From Heptranchias perlo (lineage: Eukaryota), in the NCBI RefSeq assembly GCF_035084215.1, contig NW_027139581.1:4836001-4900000 (forward strand): a stretch of 64,000 nucleotides of DNA, in the 5' to 3' direction. A model generated the notes under the pieces. The model saw only the letters and a list, made by a program, of their open reading frames with translations, was not told the origin of the DNA and ran no database searches. Position numbers and translations under genes: made by a program. Positions 38,535 to 49,894 of the stretch are shown here, in pieces (position 1 is the first letter of the stretch; each line of letters starts with the position of its first letter).

Positions 38535-38834
38535 ATGTCCAATGCAACATCGTGCTGACTCAATCGGATTCCGTTACCGCAAAGCCCACGGAGACTCAAA
38601 CACTGTCCTGTTCGGTGACTGGGTTCAATGTCAACAGCAATTACATGGCTTGGGTTAAGCAAGTTCCAGGGAAAGGGCTGGAGTGGTTACTGAGCTATTG
38701 GAAGCCCTCAGCTAATTATTACGCACCCGGAGTTCAAGATCGATTCACCCCTTCCAAAGACAGCACGACCTTTTATCTGAAAATGACTAATTTGAAGACC
38801 GAAGACACCGCCATGTATTACTGTGCAAGAGACC
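38535..38834 (+). CDS. IGHV: Ig heavy-chain V exon, IgW-like (NIVLTQ...LSCSVTG...[14 protein letters not shown]...[31 protein letters not shown])
   Basis: Acceptor ctctcAG at 38533-38534, canonical Cys, Trp and YYC motif, open frame, followed by an RSS. Confidence 0.97.
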
Positions 38835-38873
38835 CACGGGGAGGGAGTCCGGGGCTGGACCTGTACAAAAACA
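38835..38873 (+). other. V 23-RSS
   Basis: Heptamer CACGGGG (38835-38841), 23-bp spacer, nonamer ACAAAAACA (38865-38873). Confidence 0.9.
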
Positions 38874-39250
38874 GGAGGAGAAATCCAACCGTTCCAACTA
38901 TAACCTGACGGTTAGTAATTAAATAAAGTGCAATGTTAATAGTAGTACTTTCAAATAGACGGTATTTCTTACCAAAGCATCTTGTTTAAGGACAGTTAAC
39001 TGATATAAAATATGAACTGTTGTTGTAATAATGAGGAGAAGGGACTCTGCTGTATGTCCAGCACTTCTATGTGTGAGGAATGGAAATTTGAAGTTAATAC
39101 TTGTTTCAATATATTCCACCACTGGTCGCTGATGTGCACAGATGTGCTCTCTTTCTCTCACCCTGAGTGAATTTCTAGTCCGGTTGCAGTCCCAATAAGG
39201 GTTTTTTGAAAGTGAATTTTGACAGACAGTGCTGAACAGAGAGCGAGTGC

Positions 39251-39331
39251 AGTATTTGTGCTGGCGTGTGTCATTGTGATAATACAGTGGATCCACAGTG
39301 CTTCATATCGACATCTCGTTATACAGTAACA
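39251..39331 (+). other. IgH D1 segment (coding 39279-39293, ATAATACAGTGGATC) flanked by 12-RSS and 22-RSS
   Basis: AGTATTTGT-12bp-CATTGTG [D] CACAGTG-22bp-ACAGTAACA. Confidence 0.92.
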
Positions 39332-39648
39332 CTGAGCGGGATCCTGCTGAAATCTGTGATCACAAAACCATCATGAACAGCAACATTAGTGTCATTCCAT
39401 ATATATCACTGTCAGAAATATCTCCAAGTTTATAAAACCAGATATAAAGGGTACATTGAAGTGACGAATTTAAATTCCATGCAAAGACTGGTTGTGTGTC
39501 TTAACAGTAAAACGTGGCTTTTTATAAACATATAACAAGTTATACTGATACAAGCATCACATTAATGCATCCACTGGTGAATCTGAGTCGAGTTTTTTGT
39601 AAGCTGTTTGGAATTTAGATCTACATACCAAAGCTATATGTTAGCAGC

Positions 39649-39717
39649 AGTATTTGACACGGTGTGTATCATGGTGTATACCTGGGTGGCACAGCATTAA
39701 CTGTCAATACAAAAACC
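39649..39717 (+). other. IgH D2 segment (coding 39677-39689, TATACCTGGGTGG) flanked by two 12-RSS
   Basis: AGTATTTGA-12bp-CATGGTG [D] CACAGCA-12bp-ACAAAAACC. Confidence 0.92.
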
Positions 39718-40065
39718 CTTTCAACATTCATGTGGTGAAACTGAGGCAGTGCTCCGGTTGGAATATAACTGCGAATGTATTAAAGGAATATTCATGTATT
39801 GCTATCTCGCATTGCAGTCCTGGCGAGGATTAGGCAGATCAACTATAAGAATTATTCACGAAATTGTTGGCGATTTGGAAAAATGTTCATCAAATAATGT
39901 ATGACATAGCAAACATCAAAGTAATTTATAAACAATCAAATGTGACCATTTGTTGCTGTATATAATGATTTTTAATATCACATAAATCTATCGTAACATT
40001 ACCTTGCCTCTGGAATGTCAAATCTTAAAATAATGTCGACTGTTTTCTATACCGTATGCAGAGCC

Positions 40066-40104
40066 CCTTATTGTGTGACCCAGGTGAATGAATGTAACAC
40101 AGTG
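40066..40104 (-). other. J 23-RSS
   Basis: Top strand CCTTATTGT (40066-40074), 23-bp spacer, then CACAGTG (40098-40104) abutting J. The functional strand reads CACTGTG...ACAATAAGG. Confidence 0.8.
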
Positions 40105-40152
40105 ATTACTTGGACTACTGGGGACAAGGGACCATGGTGACGGTGACTGCAG
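40105..40152 (+). CDS. IGHJ: IgH J segment (YLDYWGQGTMVTVTA), IgM-type
   Basis: WGxG motif and phase-1 donor GTAAG at 40153. Confidence 0.97.
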
Positions 40153-40737
40153 GTAAGAAACATGCACTCATTTAGTAGCAGTGTTTAATTTGTATGTTTA
40201 ATCTTATATTTCGTTTGCTTTTAATAGTTAATTATTTCCACGATCCTGTGAAGTTGGTACTGTTTCCTTCGATTTATTGGTGTGTAACTTTTGATTGTGC
40301 ATCTGAGATTTTATAGATCAAAGCAGCTATTTCACTCCTGCATTTCTCCTTGATTATTGTGGGATCTTGTTTATCTGCTCGTATGGGTTATTGGAAACGA
40401 GAAACCTGATGCTGAACTGTGTTTATTTTTGTTTCTGCAATGTTTAATTTGATCACATCTGGCTAATGCAGTTCTCGGTTATAATGTCTTCCCGAATGCT
40501 TTGGGCTCAGTACGAGATCATGTACATCGGGCTCCTTTCAGGATATACTGAAATTCTTTATGAGTGTAGAGTACTCGCTCGGCCGTATAGAAAGCTGCTT
40601 AAAAATCCACTTCTGGCTCCATCATGTGAAAGACACTGTGAAAATCCGCAGAGTCTATATTGTTTCAATGAGCTCAGAAAACTAAAGAGATTCTAATTGT
40701 GTAGAGTCAGAGCATAAAATTATTAGAAGCTCGATGC

Positions 40738-40955
40738 ATCATAGTATCATAGTGGTTACAGCACAGGAGGAGGCCATTCGGCCCATCGTGTCTCTGCCAG
40801 CTCTTTGAAAAAGCTATTCAATCAGTCCCATTCCCCTGCTCTTTCCTCGTAGTCCTGTTTTTCCCCTTCAAGTATTTATCCAATTCCCTTTTGAAAGTTA
40901 CTTTTAAATCTGCTTCCACCGCCCTTTCACTGCATTACAACTCGCTGCATAATTT
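40738..40955 (-). mobile_element. CR1 3' tail fragment
   Basis: acagcacaggaggaggccattcggcccatcg, matching other CR1 tails in the window. Confidence 0.8.
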
Positions 40956-41628
40956 AAGACTCATTTCTGTGCCTTTATTTACATAAAACTAATGTATTAA
41001 TCTATTAGTATAATATTCGATTCGTTGACATTGAATATCTGTCACGAAAATTTTGTTAACATTTCCACAATGCACAAGGTTCCGGGCAGAAGCAGGTTTA
41101 AAATGAATATTGGATTTTATTATAATTTAATACAGCATCAGTTAATATCAATATTAACTTACAATATAATCAATTAAACACAAACCGCCTTCCAAAATTA
41201 TACCATACACAGCACCGTCAGGAGAAAATATCAGAGATGGCAGAAAAATCAATCTATTATGTTACAATGAATTTAACAAATCACCGCCTTTCTTATTCAG
41301 TTGTGATTGAGCTCCATAAGGTCTCACTGCAGATTTTAATTAGTTGCTGTATCCTGGTTTGGTCTTGATGATTTTATATATTATATTTAATTAATGAAGA
41401 AAGTGGAGCCTGTGGCTGGATAGATTTCAATTTAAAATACCATTGGTTTATTAAGTACTTACTCTTCAATGGAGGAAGTTTTATTGTCAGTAAACTGTCC
41501 AAAAATGTTGGCTCTTTGTATATTATCTCTTTTAGGTAGTGAGACAGGCTTTACTAAAGATGTGTAGAAAATCATAAGCAGAAAGAGATAAACTGGTATA
41601 GAAGCCAAACAGAATTTTTAAAATGAAT

Positions 41629-41766
41629 GGGGGTAATTTTGACTTTGGCGACAGTGCGAAACGGGTGCTGGGGAGTCGACAGTCCGTTTAGCATCTCTCC
41701 CGGCTTTTATTTCCAATGACGTGAATCACCAGTTTTACACTGTCCCACCAAGTCAAAATTACCACC
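41629..41766. mobile_element. MITE-like palindromic element
   Basis: Imperfect terminal inverted repeats of about 33 bp: gggggtaattttgactttggcgacagtgcgaaac / gttttacactgtcccaccaagtcaaaattaccacc. Confidence 0.65.
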
Positions 41767-42985
41767 AATATATTTTAATCAAAGAACTTTCAGACTTCAC
41801 AAGGTTGGAAATAGACAAGAAATAAACTAGGCAGAGTGGAGGAAATTATAAGGTTGGAGGCAGCGATGCGGATATTGCTGGAAATCAAGCAGAACTGTTG
41901 AAATGATCTTCGTTAAATTAAATTACATTAGTTAATTAAATTTTAAAAACTACAGACCTGTTAAGGCTGGAAGGAAACTCGAAACAATTTTAAACTTCAA
42001 ACAGAATTGTTTAACTAAAATGACGTTAATATCAACATTAATTTATTATCAGCACTCTGGAGGTAAAATTCAACTTGTGCGGTGCGGAAAACGGGCGGTA
42101 GCGGATGGGCTCTCCGAATTACACAACGCCTGGTTTTCCCTGTATTGCGCTCCCGCCGAAGTTGGAAGTTCGAACCAAAGGCTCGTTTCTCCATTTGCTC
42201 CGTTATATTCAGGGTCTCTGATAATTAAACGAAGCGCTGTTCTGTTTTACACGGATCCTTGTGTAGTTTCAATTAAACTTGAATTATACTGAATTCCACA
42301 TTTCGAAGTTAAAGTGTGAAGATGTAGATTACCGCCCCCGCGTTAAACAATCCCTGCTCTGTGCACAGAGAGGAAATTTGAGTGGGGAGGATTGCATCCC
42401 TGCTACAAAACTCTCCCGATTTTACTTCCATTAGTTTAAATAGGAGGAAGTTCAGGTGGATTCTGTGAGGGACGTCTAGTTTTCCCGATCAGATTTCCCT
42501 CCCCCCTCCCCCCACCGCAGATTGTTGTTCAGCGCGACGCTCAGATTATCCTTAATGTCCAGCCAGCGAAGACAAAAATTTAAGAAAAGGAAGAGCGCTA
42601 GTTTAGCAAATAGAGGTTACGCAGCTCATCTGTCTTCGTGAATTGAGACCCGAGCCAGGCGGTAAACAAAGAATACAGAGACCCCAGACTCGGATGTGTT
42701 GAGGGCGGCGGGAGAATAGGACAGGGAACAGTTCTGATCCAAAGGTCCTACCCGCATTTACAAGGCGTTTCTTGGCTGACATTATTAAACGTTATTATTC
42801 TTGCTGTTAATAATAATATTATTACTACCACATTATTAGTATTGCTTTTATTATTGTTGTTGATATTATTATTATTTATGTATCTTGAAGTGACGGGACA
42901 TTAGGAGTAAACAGTAATTACCGCGAAACTTGGCCCAATATTTGATTACAGCAAGAAAGCAAATGGGAGAAGTTGCTCGGTGCAT

Positions 42986-43122
42986 CATGAGAGAGAAAGG
43001 GTTCACATTAAGAGGTGACATTATTTCTCTCCACCGTTCTTTCGACCATGAGAGAGAAAGGGTTCACATTAAGAGGTGACATTATTTCTCCATACACCGT
43101 TCTTTAGACCATGAGAGAGAAA
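42986..43122. repeat. 61-63-bp direct tandem duplication (about 2.2 copies)
   Basis: catgagagagaaagggttcacattaagaggtgacattatttctc at 42986 and 43047, with a partial copy at 43110. Confidence 0.9.
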
Positions 43123-43529
43123 TGCAAAATCAACGACAGCCAATCGGCAGCTCGTTTTCCCCCTGCCCGAGTTTCATTTCCATTTAAGGCAGTTCAAAAC
43201 GGGTCACCGATTGGCTGTCGCCAGTTTTGCCCCACAGACATGATGAATTGATACCCAATGGGCGGTAGCTCACAACTGGCGGTATTGCACTCGCCTCCCA
43301 TTATACTTCAATGGGAGTGAATATCAGGCGGGGCGACAAACATGCGGCCGATTCGATACCGCCCCCTTTGCCCCACTGCCCAAGGTGAATTGCTGCCCCG
43401 ATATCACACCCACAATGAACAAATTCCTTTTCACTTAAATAGAAATGAAAGTTTGGTGGATTGTAAAATGGGCTGCAATTCGTTATCGTCGATTTTGCGC
43501 TACTGCCAAAGATGGATTTAAATATCCCA

Positions 43530-46195
43530 CTTGTCATCCTGTCCATGAGACCCACCTCCTGCTCCCTCGACCCTATTCCCAACAAACTGTTGACCACCAA
43601 ATTTCCCTTCCTGGCCCCAATGTTAGCTGATATTGTTAACGATACATGTTAGCTGATATTGTTAACGGTTCCATCTCCTCAGGTACTGAACCCCTCCCCT
43701 TCAAATCTGCCGTCATCACCCCCGTACTGAAACAACCCACACTTGACCCTTCTGCCCTTGAATAAACCGCCCCATCTCCAACCTCCCTTTCCGCTCCAAA
43801 GTTCTTGAACTTGTTCTCACCTCCCGTAAGAGACCATAAGAGATAGGAGCAGGAGTAGGCCATTCGGCCCCTCGACCCTGCTCTGCCATTTAATGAGATC
43901 ATGACTGATCTGATTTTTACCTCAACTCCACTTTCCCGCCCTTTCCCCATATCCTTTGATTCGCTTGCTGATCAAAAATGTGTCTAACTCAGCCTTGAAT
44001 GTATTCAATGACGCGGCCTCCACAGCTTTTTTGGGTAAAGAATTCCAAAGATTCACAACCCTCTGGGAGAAGAAATTCCTGCTAATATCCATCTGAAACG
44101 GGCGACCCCCTTATTCTGAGACTATGGCCCCTAGTTTTAGATTCCCCTATCGAGTCCCCTCAGAATCTTGTACGTTTCAATATGATCTCCTCTCATTCTT
44201 CTAAACTCCAATGAGAACAGACCCAACCTGTTCAATCTTTCCTCGTAAGACAAACTTTTCATACCCGGAATCATCCGAGTGAACCTTCTCCGAACTGCCT
44301 CCTATGCACGTCTGTCCTTCCTTAAATAACGGCACCAGAACTGTACGCAGTACTCCAGGTATGGTCTCACCAGCATCCAGTACAGTTGTGGCATGGCTTC
44401 CCTGCTTTTATACTCGACCCCCTGGAAATAAAGGCCAATATTCCGTTTGCCTTCCGGATTACCTGCTGCACCTGTATGTTGACTTTTTGTGTTTCATGTA
44501 CGAGGACACCCAGATCCCTCTGTACCGCAACATTTTGTAGTATTTCTCCATTGAAATAATATTTTGCTTTCTTATTTTTCCTCCCAAAGTGGATGACTTC
44601 ACATGTTTCCACATTAAATTCCATCTGCCAAATTTTTGCCCAAAAGCTTAACCTGTCAATATCCCTTTGCAAACACTTTGTGTCCTCATCACAACTTGCT
44701 TTTCATCTACCTTTGTATCATCAGCAAATTTGGCCACAAGACACTCTGTTCCTTCATCCAAGTCATTGATATATATTGTAAATAGTTGAGGCCCCAGCAC
44801 TGAGCCCTGCGGCACCCCACTAGTTACAGATTGCCATTTTGAAAATGACCCTTTTATTCCGACTTTTTGTTTTCTGTTAGTTAGTCAATCCTCTATCCAT
44901 GCCATTATATAACCCCCAACACCATAAGCTCTTATCTTATGCTATCTCTCCTCATCCTTCTCGATCTGTCTGCAGCCTTTGATACGATTAACAACATCAT
45001 CCTCTTCCAAAGCCTCTTCTCCGTCGTCCAGCTGGGCGGGACTGTGCTCGCCTGGTTCCATTCTTATCTACCCAGTGGTAGCCAGAGAATCACCTGCAAT
45101 GGTTTCTCTTCCCGCACCCGCACCGTTAACTCTGGAGTCCCCCAAGGATCTATCTTTGGCCCCCTCCTATTTCTAATCTACATGCTGCCTCTCAGCGACA
45201 TCAAACGAAAACACGACGTCAGATCCCACATGTACGCTAACGACACCCAGCTCGACCTCACCACCACCTCCCTCAACCCTCCACTCTCTATGATTTGTCA
45301 CAATGCTTGTCCGACATCCAGTGCTGCATGAGCAAAAATGTCCTCCAACCAAATATTGGGAGGACAGAAGTCGTTGTCTTTGGTCCTCGCCACTAACTCC
45401 GTTCCCGAGGCCACCGACTCCATTCCTCTCCCTGGCCACTCTCTGAGGCTGAACCAGGCCGTTCACAAACTCGGCGTCCTATTTGACCCTGAATTGAGCT
45501 TCCAACCACAAATCCTCTCCATCATCAAGACCGCCGAATTCCTCCTCCGTAACATCACCCATCTCCACCCCTGCCTCAGCACATCTGCTGCTGAAACCCT
45601 CATCCATGCCTTTATTACCTCTAGACTTGATTATTCCAATGCTCTCGTGGCCGGCCTCCCATCTTCCGCCCTCCATAAACTTGGGCTGATCCAAAACTCT
45701 GCTGCCCCGTATCCTAACTCGCACCAAGTTCCGTTCACCCATCACCCCTTTGATCGCTGACGTCCATTGGCTGTCGGTCCGGGAACGCCTCGATTTTAAA
45801 TTTCTCATTCTTGTTTTCAAATCCCTCCATGGCCTCACCCCTCCCCATCTCTGTAACCTCGTCCAGCCGGACAGCCTTCCGAGGTCTCTGTTCTCCTCCA
45901 ATTCCGGCCTCTTGCTCATCCCCGATATTAATCGCACCACCATTGGTGGCTGTGCCTTTAGCTGTCTTGGCCCGAAACTCTGTAATCCCCTCCCTAAACC
46001 TCTCCGCCTCTCTACCTCTCCCTCCCCTTCAAGATGCTCCTTAAAACCTACCTCTTTGACCAAGCTTTTGTTCACCTGTCCTAATATCTCCTTATGGGCC
46101 TCAGTATCAAATTTTGTTTGATAATCGCTCCTATGAAGCGACTTGGAACGTTTTACTACGTTAAAGGCGCGATAGAAATGCAAGATGTTGTTGGT
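43530..46195 (+). mobile_element. L2 LINE (two pieces, about 43530-43825 and 44939-46195) split by a CR1
   Basis: ORFs LILLDLSAAFDTI, GVPQGSIFGPLLF and TLIHAFITSRLDYSNAL. The tail is aaggcgcgatagaaatgcaagatgttgttg. Confidence 0.9.
43826..44938 (-). mobile_element. CR1 LINE nested in the L2
   Basis: ORF 44367..44672 (WAKIWQMEFNVETCEVIHFGRKN). The tail begins at cataagagataggagcaggagtaggcc. Confidence 0.9.
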
Positions 46196-47151
46196 GTACA
46201 ATCGCATTTTTAAGAATCATATATTTGCACTTTAGGTCTGTTTGCATATCCGAACACTTAGTTTCATATCCCTGAGTTTACAGTCCCACATTCTGCACAC
46301 TTACTAAATTATATCTGCCACATGCCCGCCCATTCTCCTATCCTGCCTCTGTCTTCATGAAGATTTTTACATTCCTCCTCGCTGCTTGCCAAATCATGTA
46401 CTTTTTTGTCGTTAGCAACTTTCGAGATTCTATTCCCTGTCGCCAAGTATAAACCATGGAATGTAGGTAAACAGAAGTGCCCCGAATACTGACACCAGGA
46501 GGACTTCACTTTCCAGCCGTTCTCCAATCTGAAGGACACGTTAACCGTTTCTCTGTGTTTCCTGTCCATCAACCAACTTTCCATCCCTGCTGCTAACAGT
46601 TCCTCTAAACGTATACGCCTGATTTTTTATCTAGCCCCCTCTTGGCCTCGATGGATATTCAGACTTACATGCCGAGAAATTCGTCAGAGCTGCTCCCGCT
46701 CCGCCTGCGAGACTTCGTGGGAAGTAGAGTGGAAACTCTGTTTACAGGGAGTAGCCTGGGGGAATTTCCAGACCAGTGATATTAATATTTTTGCCTGAAC
46801 TTTATTTGAGAACAGGTAGGGGAGAGAATATGTGCTCGTTATTGGAGTGGCGACAAGGAGTTGGGCGAAGTCAATGATACAATTTCCTTGTACTGAGTCT
46901 GGGTGGATGGAGCTTGATGGGCCGAATGGACTTTCCTGTCGCCGGACTTTCGGATGCACCAGACTGGGGTTCGGTGAGCCCATTTCAAGTCAGGCCTCAC
47001 AATCAGCAGAGGCTCACTTTTCATTGTTGTTTGTGATCCTCAAATGATGCAATTGGTGCAGATTCTGGCGGATATTCAAAACATGCGGGCGTTTCATGTA
47101 AATGTGATGGCGGACTTTCACTTTTGTGTTCAATTTGTTCCTCTTTCACAG

Positions 47152-47460
47152 CTGAACCGTCTGCTCCGACACTCTTCGCCCTGCTATCGTCCTGTGGAGA
47201 ACCCAATACTGAAGGTTTGGTGACGGTCGGGTGCTTGGCGATGAACTATTCCCCCGAAAAAGCCATCCTTTCCTGGACCAAAAATGACCAAAGCATCACT
47301 AGTGGATTCATGACCTACCCGTCAGTGTTCAACAAGAAGGGAACCTACACCCTGAGCAGCCAGTTAACGATCCCCGAGTCAGAGATGGAGAGCAGCAAAG
47401 TCTACTGCGTTGTTCGGCACAGCGGATCTGCCTGGGAGACAGTGAAGCTGTCCATTCCAG
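47152..47460 (+). CDS. IGHM: IgM constant exon C-mu1 (AEPSAPTLFALLSSCGEP...GCLAMNYSP...YCVVRHSGSAWETVKLSIP)
   Basis: Acceptor tttcacAG and phase-1 donor GTTAGT. Shark C-mu1 motifs (GCLAM.YSP, TYPSV.NKKGTYTLSSQLTI) and the L-chain-binding Cys are present. Confidence 0.95.
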
Positions 47461-47573
47461 GTTAGTGTGAGCTCGATGGCGACCAAGATGTGAAAAGAAA
47501 ACAGAATTTTCCAATACAGAATTATTTAATTTTGAAATGGTGAAATCTCCTTTGTTTCCTTGAATTCCCATAG

Positions 47574-47894
47574 AAAGATTGCCTGCGGTCCCTCCAACTG
47601 TTATCCTCACGCAAAGTTCACCTCAGGAAATCTTATCCAGCAAACATGTAACGGCCGTGTGTTTAATATCCGGATTCCGACCAAAACCCATCGACGTGCA
47701 GTGGCTGAAGGGCGGATTGCCCGTGAAGTCCGGGTTCGTCACCTCTCCTCCATGTGAAGAGAACGGCAACTTCAGCGTCAGTAGTCGGCTGGAAATCACC
47801 TCCAGGGAATGGTTCAACGGTGCGGTATACACCTGCTCCGTCACTCACAAAGCGAGCAAGAGCATCCAGAGCAAAAATATCACGAGTTCTAATG
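47574..47894 (+). CDS. IGHM: IgM constant exon C-mu2 (ERLPAVPPTVILTQSS...SGFVTSPPCEENGNFS...YTCSVTH...NITSSN)
   Basis: Acceptor cccatAG, donor GTAAG, in frame. PTVILTQSS and SGFVTSP.C motifs of shark C-mu2. Confidence 0.95.
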
Positions 47895-48049
47895 GTAAGA
47901 GGCAAACCGGGAGCTGAGGCCAGATGCATCGAAGTGCCAAATTCTACCGAAATTTACAGTCAGTGTTCCGTGGGGTGGGGGTGAGGGTGTGTGGGGGGAC
48001 TGATAACTTATTTCACCAATTATTAGGAACATATCATTGATGTTATTGA

Positions 48050-48486
48050 TCATCTCTGAGTCAGAAGGTCGTGGGTTCAATCCTACTCCAGAGACTTGAG
48101 CATAAAATCGAGGCTGACACTCCCAGTCAGGACTGATGGAGCGCTGCACTATGGGAGGTGCCATCTTGTTGAGACGTTAAACCGAGGCCCCGATCTGCCC
48201 TCTCAGGTGAAAGGAAAAGATCACACAGCAATATCTAGAAGACAAGCAATGGAGTTCTCCCCTGTGTCCTGGCCAATATTTATCCCTCAACCAACATCAC
48301 TAAAAGAGATTACCCGGTCATTATCACATTGCTGTTGGTGGGAGCTTGCTGTGAGCAAATTGATAGCTGAGTTTCCAACATTTCAACAGTGACCACACGT
48401 CAAAAGTAGTTTTTTGTCTGTAAAGCGCTCTGGGACGTCCTGAGGTGATGAAAAGCGCTGGATAAATGCAAGTTCTTTCTTTCTTT
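48050..48486 (+). mobile_element. Deu-domain SINE in the C2-C3 intron
   Basis: Head tctgagtcagaaggtcgtgggttcaatcc, Deu core, and tail gcgctggataaatgcaagttctttc. Confidence 0.85.
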
Positions 48487-48912
48487 ACCGAGTATCTAGT
48501 TACTTGCTTCCTTCTCCTGGAAGGCCTGACTCTCTCTGCCTCTGTTACAGTTCAGTGAGCACTGCAGACGTTCCAGAGCCCCGCCCCAGAAGGGATTCCT
48601 CTGCGGACATGTCATCGGATCAGTCTGCGATCCTGGTCCCAGTTTTGTTCTCAGTGAGCCGAAATCAGGCGGTGCGCAAGTAGAGCATCAGAGCTGTGCT
48701 TCAACACAACTGTTCCAGGGAATGGGGGAGTCACCAATGGTCACATTCCTGATTAGTGGCACGGAAAATCAGGCGCACTGTATAATGGGAGGCTGAGTCC
48801 ATATCGCCCAAAGTAAAAATGACTTTCCTTGTCTTTAATCAAACAAAGGCTGAACGTTCGCTTCACAATTCTCCAGAGAATAGATCGGTTCACATTTATT
48901 TTCCTCTCACAG

Positions 48913-49221
48913 ATTGTCCTCCACCCGGTGAACCAGAAGTCACAATTCTGCCACCATCACAAGAACAGGTTTTACTGGAGGCGACGGTGACTTTGACCTG
49001 TGTCGTGTCTGATGCTCCGAATGGGGTCAACGTGTCCTGGACCAGAGAACAGCAGCCTTTAAAATCAGAGATTGCCGTCCAACCTGGCGAGGGCTCCGAC
49101 AGCCTGATCAGCAAAGTAGACATCTCGACACAAGCGTGGCTGAGTGGGGATACGTTCTATTGCGTGGTGAGCCATCAGGATCTTCCAACTCCTAAAAGAG
49201 CGTCCATACACAAGGAACGAG
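48913..49221 (+). CDS. IGHM: IgM constant exon C-mu3 ([33 protein letters not shown]...[22 protein letters not shown])
   Basis: Acceptor ctcacAG and donor [20 protein letters not shown] and HQDLPTP motifs of shark C-mu3. Confidence 0.96.
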
Positions 49222-49334
49222 GTGAGCAGTGACGTTGCAGCAACAAGTGCCACATTGTGAATCTTCTCAGTGCGTGTACATGACTTCTATTCATTAAATA
49301 TATGCATAGTCTATCCCCATGATATAGTTTAGTC

Positions 49335-49730
49335 CATCCACCACCTTAAACATCCATTCCCTCCACCACCGGCGCACTGTGGTTGCAGTGTGTACCATCT
49401 ACAGGATGCACTGCAGCAACTCGTGCAGGCTTCTTTGGCAGCACCTCCCAAATCCGCGACCCCGACCAACAGGTGCATGGGAACACCATCGCCTCCAAGT
49501 TCTCCTTAAAATCACAACTCATCCCGATTTGGGCATATATCGCTATTCCTTCATTTTCCCATTCAAATTTCTGGAACTCCCTCCTAACAGCACTGTGGGA
49601 GTACCTTCACTTTACGGACTGTAGCGGGCCAAGCAGAAAGCTCACCATCACTTTCTCAACGACAACTATGGATGGGCAATAAAAGCCGACCTCACGAGAG
49701 GCGCCCACATCCCGGGAATGAATAAACAAT
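49335..49730 (+). mobile_element. Crack/L2-like LINE 3' end (same family as 9081-10375)
   Basis: ccatctacaggatgcactgcagcaac...gatgggcaataaaa matches the reverse complement of 9081-9450. Confidence 0.8.
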
Positions 49731-49894
49731 AAAGTTGGTAATTGGACAAAATGGAAAGGAAACTCTTTTATTCCAAACGAAACGCTTTTCTCAATCACTC
49801 GATCCCCTCTGCAGAGCCTGGATTGGAGGAAACTCTTTTACCCCCACCACGGCAAGTAGCGAAATTGAACTCAATAATCCTGTAAATTCGCTGG

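Noticed and set aside
39200-39231. Extra RSS or third D segment (GGTTTTTTG...GACAGTG), and GTTTTTTGT at 39592-39600
   Set aside because: Spacing is about 15 bp in the first case. No heptamer lies at 12 or 23 bp in the second.
40098-40136. Bidirectional use of the J heptamer (CACAGTG on the top strand)
   Set aside because: No nonamer-like sequence 12 or 23 bp downstream.
40153-47151. Tetrapod-type switch region or clear E-mu enhancer in the J-C intron
   Set aside because: No AGCT-rich tandem array and no convincing octamer/E-box cluster; the intron is AT-rich DNA plus LINEs and MITE-like pieces.
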